A stretch of DNA of 64,000 nucleotides, taken from NCBI GenBank assembly GCA_965228855.1, contig CBDDIJ010000005.1:832001-896000 (forward strand). The letters run 5' to 3'. The translations under genes were made by a program, and so were the position numbers. The notes beneath the pieces are model-generated. The model had not been told where the DNA came from. It worked only from the letters and a program-made list of their open reading frames with translations, and did no database searches. Numbering within the stretch: the stretch's first letter is position 1; each line of letters begins with the position of its first letter. Below, piece by piece: positions 51,915 through 64,000 of the stretch. Source of the DNA: Candidatus Obscuribacterales bacterium (GTDB lineage Bacteria > Cyanobacteriota > Vampirovibrionia > Obscuribacterales > Obscuribacteraceae).

Positions 51915-53423
51915 GTGGACAACAAGTATTCGAAACGATTTTGGCTCTCGCGACTTGGCGTTAGCTTAGTTTGCGCAGGAATGATGGCAGCACCCGCAGA
52001 TGCTGCCACTTCGACGGAACCGCAGTGGTCGCAGTTGTACGCCGAAGGTGTAAGCGCGCTTGATTCGGAAACGCCAACCGTGGCAGAGCAGCGACTGCGC
52101 AAGGCGCTCACGCTCGTCAAGAAACAGTCGAAGAATCAAGAAGATATCGACAACTGCATGGTGAAGTTGTCTTCAGCTTTGACTCTTCTAGGCAAAACTG
52201 CCGAAGCTCGTTCGATGCTGTTGCAAGCGCTGCCCCGTGCAGAGCGTGCTGGAGGTTCGCATCTCACCTCGGTCTTAATGGGTCTCGGCTCCATAGAAGA
52301 GGCGGCGGGAAACCACGCTGCCGCCATGAAGTATTACAATCGCGCGCTCGGAATCAACGAAAAGAACTACGGAACCTACACTCCGGAAGCCGCAGCTGCG
52401 CTGCATGGACTAGGTCGAGTCAATTACAAACTGGGCAACAAAAGCGCCGCAAGTGACAATTACAAACGCGCAATCACCATTTTGTCGAAAGAACCAAATC
52501 TCGATGCAGCCAATCAACTCAAGCGCGTCATGCACGAGTATGGAGATCTGATCAAAGGAAACGACCAATCTGACAAGACCCTAATCGATGATTTCAACAA
52601 AGACATTTTGAACAAGTCTAGCGTGAGTGGTTCGCAGACCGTTCCGCAGACTGGCGTCCCTAGCGTCGCTTCGAACTCGAGTCCAATCTCCGGTTCTGTT
52701 TCATCGTGGCAACAGCAAAGTACGCAACAGTTGGAGACCTCAAGAACTTCCGAGACGAATGAAGCCGAGGCCGTCTCCCTGCGCGGCATTCATATGCCTT
52801 CATCAGATCAGGCACTGAAGCCGGCGTTCAAAGCGATGAGTGATACCGTCTTCGGACAGAACCGCTACCGCGCCAGCGAAGCGCAGTATCAGCGGATGAT
52901 CGCATCTGACATCGACTCGCTCGGTCCCCATCATCCTTCAGTCGCAAATGATTTAAACGGACTCGCACAACTCTACATCGCGCAAAAGAAATACAACGAG
53001 GCAAAGCAGTGCCTAACTCGCGCACTAGCAATTTACGAATCAACTTATCACGCGCAAAACGCTTTGACAATCAACACAATGGCTTCGCTCGCTCTTGTCG
53101 AAGCCAATCTTGGACAGCTCCCGGAAGCGTCAAAACTCTATCGAGAGTCGCTTGCAAATGCTCAGGAAATCTTAGGTCCGAACAGTTTGGAGACCGCAAA
53201 GATTTTGAACGGTCTGGCGTTTCTCTACTATCAACAAGGCCAACTCGACAAAGCTAGCACAACTTATGAATGGGCAATCGCGAGTACCGAACAAGCCGTT
53301 GGCAAGAAAGACCCGCTCCTGGCGGCATGCTTGAAGGACTACGCAACTGTACTTCGCGGTCTGGACCAGAACGCAAAAGCAACCGAGGTCGAAACCCGCG
53401 CAGGACAAATCCTCTCGCAATAG
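51915..53423 (+). CDS. Secreted TPR (kinesin-light-chain-like) protein
   Basis: Signal peptide; LGPHHPSVANDLNGLA, LGPNSLETAKILNGLA repeats. Confidence 0.85.
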   Translation: MDNKYSKRFWLSRLGVSLVCAGMMAAPADAATSTEPQWSQLYAEGVSALDSETPTVAEQRLRKALTLVKKQSKNQEDIDNCMVKLSSALTLLGKTAEARSMLLQALPRAERAGGSHLTSVLMGLGSIEEAAGNHAAAMKYYNRALGINEKNYGTYTPEAAAALHGLGRVNYKLGNKSAASDNYKRAITILSKEPNLDAANQLKRVMHEYGDLIKGNDQSDKTLIDDFNKDILNKSSVSGSQTVPQTGVPSVASNSSPISGSVSSWQQQSTQQLETSRTSETNEAEAVSLRGIHMPSSDQALKPAFKAMSDTVFGQNRYRASEAQYQRMIASDIDSLGPHHPSVANDLNGLAQLYIAQKKYNEAKQCLTRALAIYESTYHAQNALTINTMASLALVEANLGQLPEASKLYRESLANAQEILGPNSLETAKILNGLAFLYYQQGQLDKASTTYEWAIASTEQAVGKKDPLLAACLKDYATVLRGLDQNAKATEVETRAGQILSQ

Positions 53424-53469
53424 TTTCAGCCTTCCCAACGCGGTCTACCTCAAAGTGAGGCGTCCTGCA

Positions 53470-53958
53470 AAGGGCTCTCTTTCGGCGTCCGCAAGGTGTC
53501 ATGCAAATTGGTTTGCAGCTTTTGGCATGAACGCTGCAATCAAAATTGCAGCGGCTAATTTTGAGCGTCGAAGGGGCTCTCTTTCGACGTCCGCGAGTGT
53601 CCTGCAAATTGGTTTGCAGCTTTTGGCATGAAAGCTGCAATCAAAATTGCAGCGGCTAACTTTGAGCGTCGAAAGGGCTCTCTTTCGGCGTCCGCGAGGT
53701 GTCCTGCAAATTGGTTTGCAGCTTTTGGCATGAAAGCTGCAATCAAAATTGCAGCGGCTAATTTTGAGCGTCGAAGGGGCTCTCTTTCGGCGTCCGCGAG
53801 GTGTCCTGCAAATTGGTTTGCAGCTTTTGGCATGAAAGCTGCAATCAAAATTGCAGCGGCTAACTTTGAGCGGCGAAAGGGCTCTCTTTCGACGTCCGCG
53901 AGGTGTCCTGCAAATTGGTTTGCAGCTTTTGGCATGAAAGCTGCAATCAAAATTGCAG
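53470..53958. repeat. Tandem array of ~4.8 x 102-bp palindrome-rich units
   Basis: Unit AAGGGCTCTCTTTCGGCGTCCGCGAGGTGTCCTGCAAATTGGTTTGCAGCTTTTGGCATGAAAGCTGCAATCAAAATTGCAGCGGCTAACTTTGAGCGTCGA; near-identical copies, no unique spacers. Confidence 0.92.
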
Positions 53959-53999
53959 ACGTTTAGATAGCTGCTTTTGGCTTAGATAGCTGCTTCGGC

Positions 54000-55340
54000 T
54001 TAGATGTTTGCTTTCGGCACAGCCCCGCTGACTGAAACCGGCACCTTGACCGGCTTCACGCGCGATTGGTTTTGCAATTCTTCGCTGCCTTCCTTCGCAA
54101 CCACATCGCCTTCTTTGATGTTGCCAAAGACTTCAACGAGCTGATCCATGATCTGTCCCTTCCGCACGGGAACCCACTCGACACGATCATTGGCGACCTT
54201 ACAAACGAAGGTGTCCAGGGGAGTGGAAACAACAGATGTGATCGGCACAAACAAACTTTCGGTCGGGCGACGTGTCGGCCAGTAAACCTTGGTGAACATC
54301 CCCGGCACCAGCTTGAAGTCTGGGTTCAGGTAGTTAAGTTCGACGGGCATGGTCCGCGTATCTTTGTCCAGGTTGTTCGCAAGACGAGCGACTGTTCCCT
54401 TAAAACGCTTTCCGGGAAACGATGAAACAGAGAACTCGACTTGCGATCCAATGATTACACCGGCAACCAGATCTTCTGGAACAGGAGCGACGATACGCAA
54501 TAGATCGAGTTGTTTTAATCTGCAAATTGGCGGATAAGCGCCGGTTCCATCCGGTCCGACGAAGCTACCCACGTGCATCTTACGCTCGGTGACATAACCA
54601 TCGAAAGGCGCATAGATCTCCAGATACGAAGCGAAATCAGCAAAACTTTCGAAAGCTTTGATCATCGCATCAACTTCTTCACGCTTCATCGAGACCTCGT
54701 GGTCCTTGGCGTTAACGCGTTTGATCATCGAGTTGACGTCCTGACGATCAGCTTTAACTGATTGAGACCATTGCACCACATCATTATCGGCGATCACCCC
54801 AGGCACCAGAGATGCCGCGTAAACACGTTGATAAGTCGACTGATCGGCAAGCAAGTTTGCGCGGCGCTTTTCGAGTTCCGCCTTGAGGTCCTCGACCTTT
54901 GACTCTTCAGCTGCCAGATCCGCTTTCGCGGCTGCCACTTTCGCCACAAATTCGTGCCTCTTAGCGAGATACTCAGGAGCGTACATGCGCACCATGAGCT
55001 GCCCTTTCTTTACGACAGAACCGCGGTCAACGTTCAACTCTTTTACAAAACCAGGCACTTTAGGATAGATCAGCACGTCCTGATAGGCGTTGATCTCTCC
55101 GGGCAGCTGGTCTTCGCGAAACAATGTCTTCTTCACCACTGGCACAACTGGAAGCGTGATTTCAGTATTGACAGGCTTTTCAACCACTACAGGTTTGTGA
55201 CGCTTCATCCACATGAAATAGAATGCACCACCAGCGATGGCTATCACAATTACAACGAATACGATGTTCTTCAGACTGAATATCTCAGCCAAGCTCGAAT
55301 TACCGGAGGGTTCTTGTTGAATGTTGTGTTCGCTTTCCAT
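54000..55340 (-). CDS. RND efflux periplasmic adaptor (MFP)
   Basis: PKVPGFV..VDRGSVVKKGQ lipoyl-like halves, APFDGYV, TRT, PGMF. Confidence 0.92.
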   Translation of the reverse strand: MESEHNIQQEPSGNSSLAEIFSLKNIVFVVIVIAIAGGAFYFMWMKRHKPVVVEKPVNTEITLPVVPVVKKTLFREDQLPGEINAYQDVLIYPKVPGFVKELNVDRGSVVKKGQLMVRMYAPEYLAKRHEFVAKVAAAKADLAAEESKVEDLKAELEKRRANLLADQSTYQRVYAASLVPGVIADNDVVQWSQSVKADRQDVNSMIKRVNAKDHEVSMKREEVDAMIKAFESFADFASYLEIYAPFDGYVTERKMHVGSFVGPDGTGAYPPICRLKQLDLLRIVAPVPEDLVAGVIIGSQVEFSVSSFPGKRFKGTVARLANNLDKDTRTMPVELNYLNPDFKLVPGMFTKVYWPTRRPTESLFVPITSVVSTPLDTFVCKVANDRVEWVPVRKGQIMDQLVEVFGNIKEGDVVAKEGSEELQNQSRVKPVKVPVSVSGAVPKANI

Positions 55341-55346
55341 GATGTT

Positions 55347-58300
55347 CTACAAAATCTGATCGTCGGGGTGAAGTGATTTGACCTTAACAGGCGCGTTCGC
55401 CTGGATTATCGAATAAACCAGCGGAAGAATTGTCAAAACAGAAAGAGTTGACATCGACAATCCGCCGATCACGGCGCGTCCAAGAGGTGCGCTTTGCCCC
55501 TCGGACAAAGCCATTGGCACCATCCCTGCCACCATGGCAATCGACGTCATCAGAATGGGGCGCATACGCTGTTGAGCTCCGTGAACAGCAGCCTGATTGG
55601 CTGTCATTCCACCCGCGCGACTCTCCTCGGCAAACACAACCATCAAGATCGCGTTGGCAATGCCAACGCCGACCGACATAATTGCACCCATGAATGATTG
55701 AACATTCAGCGTTGTTCCAGTGAGCGTAAGAGATGTGAGAACCCCAAGCAGAATTGCCGGGGTGGTAGACATGACAATCAGAACAACACGGGCAGCCTGG
55801 AAGTATGCGAGCAGCATCAAGGTTATTACGACGACAGCCAGCAGCAAACCGGTAAGCAGATGGAAGAATGTATCCTCAAGAACCGGCACCTGACCTGCCA
55901 CATCAACAAACACACCGGCGGGTGGAGTACCCGCGCGTTGCACCGCTTCCTTCACGGCTTCGCCGACACGCCCGAGATCGTGCCCTTCCAGATTGGCGGT
56001 CAGCGACACTGTGCGCATCATATTGTAGCGGTCCATCTCACCGTCGGTAACACCATATTGGACTTTCGCAACATCAGAGATCAAAGGATGTTGCGGTCGC
56101 CGCGTTTTATGGTCCGGGTAATACCGGTCGGTATCTGGATCTTCAAGCTCATCGTTATACTCAGGCATTTGAATTTTCCGAGCGCTGTTCATCGTCGGAA
56201 ACTTCTCTATGTCGTCTTTGGATTTAATCTGATCCTGCGGGACTTGCACCTGGACCTGATAAGAGAAGCCGCTGTTTTTATCACGCCACAAACTCAGATG
56301 CACAAAACGGCTTGAGAAAAATGCCGGCTGCAACGACATACCAATGTCTTTTGCGGTAACGCCATACTGTCCCGCGAGTTCTCGATCGATATCGATATCG
56401 ACGCTCGGATAGTCGAGAGGCAGCCCCCACTGGAGATCCCGAAGCATCTTTATTTTCTTCATTTCCGCCAGCACTTTGTTGGCGAAGAGTTTGTTTGCCA
56501 CCATATCCGGTCCCATCACCTGGACCTTAATTGGCGTGGGCGAACCGATGTTCATGATCTGGCTGACCATGTCGCCTGGCTCAAACGACATTTTTGTATC
56601 AGGAATGTCTTTGGCGAGCTTAACCCTCAGCCTATCTTTCAGCTCAGCCATATCGATCTTCAAAGAGTCCTTGAGCTGCACGTCCAACACCGCCTGGTGC
56701 GGTCCACTCGTCCATAGAAATGCAGAGCTGATCGGAAACATCGGAGGCTGCTGTCCGGCATATCCAAGCGTCTTCTCGACATTGTCGGCGCCAACCTCTT
56801 CTTTGACAATCGCAATTGTCTTCAATACCCGCTTTTCAAGCGCCTCTACGCGCATGCCGGTCGGCGCCGAAATGCGAACGCGAAATTGTTTGCTGCCGTT
56901 ATCTGGGAATAGTTCCTTGCCAATGTCGAGATAAAGAAAGACTACAACAGCAACTGAAACGAGTACATAAACAGGAACAACAATCAGTCTCAGCGGCAGC
57001 AAGAATTTGATGAGTGCTCCCAGTCCATCTTTCAGGTTATCTACCCAATCACGTTTAGGGGCTTCATGCTTGTGTTTCAAGATCCAGACCGACATGATCG
57101 GCACCACTGTTGATGCCAGCGTGGTCGATGCTACCATTGCAAAACCGACAGCCAGAGAGAGCGGGATAAACAATTCGCGTGTCATGCCCGTCATGAAGAA
57201 TGATGGAACGAATACCGCGCAAACCGACAACATCGCTAACAATCGCGGAACCATCGTCTCGACGCAAGCATTATAGACAGCTCGCGCCATCGCCTCGCCC
57301 TCTGCCAGGTGGCTGTGAATGTTTTCAATACAAACCGTTGCTTCGTCGACCAGAATGCCAATCGACAGCGCTAAGCCGCTCAGCGTCTGGATATTGAAGG
57401 TCTGACCGCAGATTGACAGCGCTACGATTGCCGACAGGAGAGAGAGCGGAATGCTGGTTACGACGATCAGGGTGCTGCGAAAATCGCGCAAGAAAAGAAG
57501 AATCATCAAGCCTGGAAGCAGCGTTCCAAGCAGACCCTCATGGAATACGTTCTCTATCGCCTCACGAACATATTTCGATTGATCGAACTCATAGCTGATT
57601 TTGACACCAGGCGGCAACACCTCCTGCATACGAGGCAGAGCAGCCTGGAGTGCGTCAACCACCGAGACGGTGGACGCGTCAGCTCGTTTAACAGCCGGAA
57701 TGTAGACCGTTCTTCGCCCCTGGAAAAGCGCATAACCAGCCAGAATGTCTGCGGAGTCCTCAACAGTGCCGATGTCCTTGATAAAGATCTGGGGACCATG
57801 GCCGGTTCTAATCGGCATGTAATCCAGTTGATGGATATCAGGCAAATCCGAGTTAACGGGCGCGATTCGAAGGTAGTCGCCAGTACGGACGTTGCCGCTC
57901 GGCAATACCTGGTTGCCTTCTTCAAGCGCCTTAATGACTTCATCGCCCGATATGTTGTATTTGCGAAGCTTGTCGGCATCTACGCTTATAACAATCGTCC
58001 GAATGTTTCCACCAAACGGAGGCGGCGCTTCAGCACCAGGAACGGTGGCAAGCATCGGACGAACTCGTGTGTAGGCCAGATCCTCTAATTCCTTTACGGT
58101 CTTGGTTTCCGACGACAGCACCAGTTGCCCGACGGGCAAACTGCCCGCGTCAAATCGCAGCACAAAAGGATTGTAGGTTCCATGCGGCATCAAACTCGTA
58201 GCCCGGTTGGCCATCGCAACGATACTGGCCATCGCACTCGCCATATCCGTATCGGACTGAAAAAACACCTTGATTAAGCTCAAGTTTTGAATCGACTGCG

Positions 58301-58544
58301 ACTCAATGTGCTCAATCCCCGGGACGTATAGGAAAAAGAGCTCGTAGCTGGACGTTATATAGCCTTCGATTTGCGCCGGCGACATGCCACCGTATCCCTG
58401 GATAACGTAAATCGCAGGAATCTTCAAATCGGGGAAGATATCGCGCTTCATACTGGTAATCGCGCCGACTGAGACCAGTAGCAAAGCAAGGACAACCGCC
58501 ACGATTGTGATCGGTCGTTTCATTGCCCAAGCTACGATCCACAT
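55347..58544 (-). CDS. RND efflux permease (AcrB/CusA superfamily)
   Basis: DIFP, GILVDEATVCIENI, RMRPILMT, PLGRAVIGGL; 1065 aa. Confidence 0.95.
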   Translation of the reverse strand: MWIVAWAMKRPITIVAVVLALLLVSVGAITSMKRDIFPDLKIPAIYVIQGYGGMSPAQIEGYITSSYELFFLYVPGIEHIESQSIQNLSLIKVFFQSDTDMASAMASIVAMANRATSLMPHGTYNPFVLRFDAGSLPVGQLVLSSETKTVKELEDLAYTRVRPMLATVPGAEAPPPFGGNIRTIVISVDADKLRKYNISGDEVIKALEEGNQVLPSGNVRTGDYLRIAPVNSDLPDIHQLDYMPIRTGHGPQIFIKDIGTVEDSADILAGYALFQGRRTVYIPAVKRADASTVSVVDALQAALPRMQEVLPPGVKISYEFDQSKYVREAIENVFHEGLLGTLLPGLMILLFLRDFRSTLIVVTSIPLSLLSAIVALSICGQTFNIQTLSGLALSIGILVDEATVCIENIHSHLAEGEAMARAVYNACVETMVPRLLAMLSVCAVFVPSFFMTGMTRELFIPLSLAVGFAMVASTTLASTVVPIMSVWILKHKHEAPKRDWVDNLKDGLGALIKFLLPLRLIVVPVYVLVSVAVVVFLYLDIGKELFPDNGSKQFRVRISAPTGMRVEALEKRVLKTIAIVKEEVGADNVEKTLGYAGQQPPMFPISSAFLWTSGPHQAVLDVQLKDSLKIDMAELKDRLRVKLAKDIPDTKMSFEPGDMVSQIMNIGSPTPIKVQVMGPDMVANKLFANKVLAEMKKIKMLRDLQWGLPLDYPSVDIDIDRELAGQYGVTAKDIGMSLQPAFFSSRFVHLSLWRDKNSGFSYQVQVQVPQDQIKSKDDIEKFPTMNSARKIQMPEYNDELEDPDTDRYYPDHKTRRPQHPLISDVAKVQYGVTDGEMDRYNMMRTVSLTANLEGHDLGRVGEAVKEAVQRAGTPPAGVFVDVAGQVPVLEDTFFHLLTGLLLAVVVITLMLLAYFQAARVVLIVMSTTPAILLGVLTSLTLTGTTLNVQSFMGAIMSVGVGIANAILMVVFAEESRAGGMTANQAAVHGAQQRMRPILMTSIAMVAGMVPMALSEGQSAPLGRAVIGGLSMSTLSVLTILPLVYSIIQANAPVKVKSLHPDDQIL

Positions 58545-58573
58545 AGACCCTCTACTACCCCGAAACTACGAGT

Positions 58574-60067
58574 TCATTGCTGCCCGCTAGCCGCCTCTCC
58601 CTCTGCTATTTTTACCAGTTTGAAAAACGATTCCAAATCACCCTGAGCGTAGCCTAACGCTAGAATGGCACGCCAAACTTCAATTTGCGCGACGGCATCT
58701 TCAACGGTCGCCGTGGCGAGGTTTTCTTCGGCAATTGCCAGAGACACCACATTGTTGAGCCCAACGCTATACCTTTTTAAAATATTGGTTTCGCGCACAC
58801 GAGCAGCTTCAACCAGAGTCGGCGTGGTCTTCGCGACTTTCTTGGTTTGCTCCAGCAAAACTCGACTATTCGCGTCTTTCTTCTCGAGCACTAGCATCGC
58901 CAGATCGAAATCGGCTTTGGCAGCCATTTCGTTGCTTTTCGCCATGTCCTTTTGAGCGCGAAGCGGAAAATATTCCAAGAACGGAAAGCTGAATGAGGCG
59001 CCCACCATGTAGTTGAATACCTGCGGTACGACTCCTCCACCGACAGGCTTGATTGGATTCACACTGTCACCGCTGCCTCGTCCCCAGAGTGACGCGTTGA
59101 GCCAAAGGTGCGGCCGGTAAGCCTTATCGAGAACGATCTGTTTGGCTTTCCAGCGCTGAATCTCCGCGTATTTAAACCGCGCGAGAGGGTGAGACGTCAA
59201 ATCAACACGCTTTTCAATGTTTACGTCAAGCGGACTGCGAACAACGGGGTCGGAAATGATATCGAAGTCATGAGTGGCAAGCCCCATCTTTTCTGCCAGA
59301 TCGACAAGCGACAGGCGAAAATCCTTCTCAGCTTTAATCAATGCGATCTTCGCCTTAGCCACTTCATAATCGAGGTCAGCCGCATCAACTCCGGGTCTTA
59401 ACCCCTCAGCTACGAGAGTCTTCACTCTCAAATTTGCAGCTTCCATGTGATCGAGCGCAGCTTGACGAGCGATGATTGTCTGTTTAGCAGCCGCAGCGTG
59501 AAAGAAAGAATCCGCGGTCGCGAAGGCGACGTCGAGTTCGGTCAGATTGATATCCGCGCGAGCAGTGCGGGCATCAGCATCGGCAAAACGGTCATTTGCC
59601 TTACGCAATCCAAAATCAACCATCAACCAGTTCAAGTTTAAACCTTGAAGGTTGTTGACAATAGGCTTGAGCGTCGTGCTCGAAACGGGAGGACCGGAAT
59701 CGACCGGCACGGTGTCAAAACCGGACACATTGTTCATGACAACACTGGCTATGCGATTCGGCGTCACACCCGAGATTTGTACGTCCGCATTCAGGTTTGG
59801 CAAATACTGCATCTTGGCTAGCGAAACATTGGCTTTCGCGGCGCGCAGTTTGAAAAAGCGATTACGAATAGAGGGATAATTTTTGACGGCCAGATCTACG
59901 CTCTCGCGCAGGCTGATCGCCTTAGTGGGCTGAATTGGTTGAAATTGCAAATCCGGAGGAGCAACCTCTCTTCCGACAGCGCACGCGGGTTCGACGGATG
60001 AGCGAAAGAAAGCAATAGTGATCGCGATCACCAAAATCGAGTTTCTAACGAGTCCATGAGGTTTCAT
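58574..60067 (-). CDS. TolC family outer membrane efflux protein
   Basis: Signal peptide, AVKNYPSI, YLPNL, two OEP-like halves; first gene of the RND operon. Confidence 0.88.
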   Translation of the reverse strand: MKPHGLVRNSILVIAITIAFFRSSVEPACAVGREVAPPDLQFQPIQPTKAISLRESVDLAVKNYPSIRNRFFKLRAAKANVSLAKMQYLPNLNADVQISGVTPNRIASVVMNNVSGFDTVPVDSGPPVSSTTLKPIVNNLQGLNLNWLMVDFGLRKANDRFADADARTARADINLTELDVAFATADSFFHAAAAKQTIIARQAALDHMEAANLRVKTLVAEGLRPGVDAADLDYEVAKAKIALIKAEKDFRLSLVDLAEKMGLATHDFDIISDPVVRSPLDVNIEKRVDLTSHPLARFKYAEIQRWKAKQIVLDKAYRPHLWLNASLWGRGSGDSVNPIKPVGGGVVPQVFNYMVGASFSFPFLEYFPLRAQKDMAKSNEMAAKADFDLAMLVLEKKDANSRVLLEQTKKVAKTTPTLVEAARVRETNILKRYSVGLNNVVSLAIAEENLATATVEDAVAQIEVWRAILALGYAQGDLESFFKLVKIAEGEAASGQQ

Positions 60068-60221
60068 TTGTGATTCGGCCTCGCCTCAGCAGCGGCAGTC
60101 GTTTTGAGGAGAGGTAGTAAGCAGGAGAGAAATTGCTGTGAAGCTGCTAATTTTACTCGACTAGAGCTGGTGATTGAGCGTTATTTAAGTAGGCATAATT
60201 TCTTGCAATCGACTAGCTATA

Positions 60222-60925
60222 ATGCTCGTGATGAAACAGCCCCTCTTGCGCAGACCGCTGAAACTTTCGCCCTTATTAGTGCTCGTACTGAGTTCCTATT
60301 GTTGCGCGCCCGGGTTCGCAGACGATGAGGGCTCGTTTTTTAACTTCAAAAACTCGGATTTCTTTGAGGTCGCTCTTCCAAAAGAGGACGAGAAGAGAAA
60401 AGAACGCGAGGAGCGTGAAGAGGAAGAAGAGGAAAAGGAACGAGAAGAACGCAACGTCGATAAGCAAGACTGGCAAAATCGCCCGGACAACCCAGCTGAA
60501 GATTGGCGCGAGAGCTTCATTGACGCAAGTTATGGGCGTAATGACTTTCGCGATTTACAAGCGGACAACAGCTTGAGCAAAATGTTCGACCTTCGCGATT
60601 ATCGCAAGCAAGACTTCAGTCCGGACCGTGGAAGCAGTGACGATTCCTCGCGCTCAGATGCTTACGACTTGAGCAGCGATGATGCAAGTGATGCAAAAAT
60701 TGAACGCGACCGGTATCGCCGTCGCATGAAAGAAGACGATAAGAAGATGCGCCTGGAGTTGGATAAACCAATTGACGGATTGCTCCACGACTGGGTTCCG
60801 TCACCACCGGACAAGACTCACAATGGTGGCTTCACGTCGCCCCCGGACAATGGCTACGTTGTCCCATACAAACTCAATGGTTGGATAGAGATAGAACGCA
60901 AACTACCCTGGGAGGCAGAGCACTA

Positions 60926-60926
<1 letters not shown>
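60222..60926 (+). CDS. Secreted charged hypothetical protein
   Basis: Signal peptide and E/R/D-rich body; stop overlaps the next GTG. Confidence 0.65.
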
Positions 60927-62568
<1,642 letters not shown>

Positions 62569-62572
<4 letters not shown>

Positions 62573-64000
62573 GCTATGAGGAAAACCAGTTGAAGAGTAT
62601 TATCTCGGGCAGAGTAATAACAATTCTCGCAGCATTTTTTGCGCTTGCACTAAACTCCGAAGAGAATTGTTTAGCCCAAAGCTCAAAGCCGGATCCCAGG
62701 ACGACCGCTGCGTCTCACCCAAAAAAACCGCCGAGAGCTTCTCTGGACAAACTTCGGGCAGGCATCCAATCTGGAAACGTCATGCCGATTGAAAAGAATT
62801 GGAAGATGCCTAAACCATCAAATCTTCCAGCAACGGACGATGCAAAAAAAATAGAAGTACGAAATCGAATTCCATCAACCAGCAGTGACTACCTGCAAAT
62901 GCTCAATAAGAGTAGTCGCACAATGGCAGCCAATCAAAATGACGCTGGAGCTTATCTTGATGCGTCTTACGCTTATCGCAATATGGGTCAATTTGAGGAG
63001 GCATTGAAAAATTGCAAGAAAGCAATCGAACTCAATCCTGATTTAGCCGTGGCTCATAGCGAACTTGGCTTGGTCAACGCAAGCCTTGGGAACGATACGG
63101 AGGCAATTAAAAATTTCACTCGAGCGATCGAATTAGATCCCAAAAACTCCGCATTCTATAGTCATCGAGCCTGGATGTATGCAGCGGCAAAGAAAGAAGA
63201 TCTGGCTATAGCGGAAGCAACGAAGTCGATTCAGATTTGGGACGGTTATTCTCCAGCATATTATTGCCGAGGCCGCGCCTATCTGGAGAAGGCAGAATGG
63301 CAAAAGGCAATTGACGATTTCAGCAGGGCAATAAAACTTTTTCCGGATCAAGATTCGGACTATTACTCATCGCGCGCTTATGCTTATTTCCAGCTTTCCG
63401 ACTTTCGAAACGCGCTGTTGGACCTGATTGTACCAATACGTATGGAATCGCAAACTAAGCACTTTAATATCTTTCAGCAGGTTGCACTTTTGCATCCGGA
63501 CTCATTTCAGAAAACACTTCTAGACCTAAACTTTAGAGTGCTGAAGAACAAGAAGGACGCGAACGCACTCTTAAACAGGGCGATCGCCTACTCACTTGTT
63601 CGCGAATACGACAAGGCGCTTTCGGACCTGGATGCGGCGAGCAAACTGGCACCAAAGAACGGAACGATTCACAGAGAGCGCGGGTTGGTTTTTCTGCAAA
63701 CTGGCCGCATTAGCGATGCTGTGTCGGAGTTGAATCAAGCAATTAAGCTGGATCCGGAAGACCAGTCGGCGAAAAATCGCCTGTTATCAGCGAAAGCGCT
63801 CCTAGCAAAGCCTGGAAAAATTAGCAAACTCGAGGTAGCAAAAGTTATGTCAACGAAGCCGGCAACTGGCAGCTCGTTACGTCCTGCAGAAAGCGTCGAA
63901 GCCAACGTTGAGTCACAGAGTGAAGCACAAGAGGTTATTAAAAAGTACGTCGCGAACCTAGCCAAAGAAAATCTTCGCGAACATCTTCCTGAACGTGCTG
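62569..64000 (+). CDS. Secreted TPR protein, 5' part (runs off window end)
   Basis: Open frame from ATG 62569 (overlaps previous TGA) or TTG 62590; EALKNCKKAIELNPD, EAIKNFTRAIELDPK, KAIDDFSRAIKL repeats. Confidence 0.8.

Noticed and set aside
53470..53958. CRISPR array
   Set aside because: Whole 102-bp units repeat with no unique spacers, and there are no cas genes in the window.
53555..53966. Repeat-protein ORFs 53555-53950 (-) and 53628-53966 (+)
   Set aside because: By-products of a unit length divisible by three; open on both strands, no clear RBS, and broken by a 1-nt deletion in unit 2.

Overview
Chromosomal window from a Cyanobacteria-related but apparently non-photosynthetic bacterium. 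The cyanobacterial-type rpoZ, DUF6825-like/ABC1 kinase pair and ARC6/IMS domain, plus many secreted TPR and beta-helix proteins, suggest Melainabacteria/Vampirovibrionia (inference). It carries housekeeping genes (dusB, rpoZ, gmk, NFACT, lexA, arginase, maf, hemL-like, gshB-like, glnS, lepA, yitJ-like), a Ser/Thr signalling operon, an RND-MFP-TolC efflux operon and several lineage-specific paralog families. The stand-out feature is an intact IS110-family element (28952-30216) whose RNA-guided recombination logic can be read from the sequence. It sits in the second copy of a ~155-bp repeat, next to an empty copy that defines the insertion point. Its 5' non-coding end folds into a bridge-RNA-like structure with four guide segments matching the left/right target and left/right donor. 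The joined ends rebuild a TTGACA-N17-TACGTT promoter, and the target core (GT) differs from the donor core (CT). Other observations: a diverged MITE-like third copy of the target repeat, a TetR operator pair, an internally deleted epimerase pseudogene, an array of small S1/OB-like paralogs (one probably split by a TonB-C gene) and a 102-bp tandem array of interlocked palindromes. No tRNA, rRNA or CRISPR array was seen. All family assignments come from motif recognition by eye, not from database searches.
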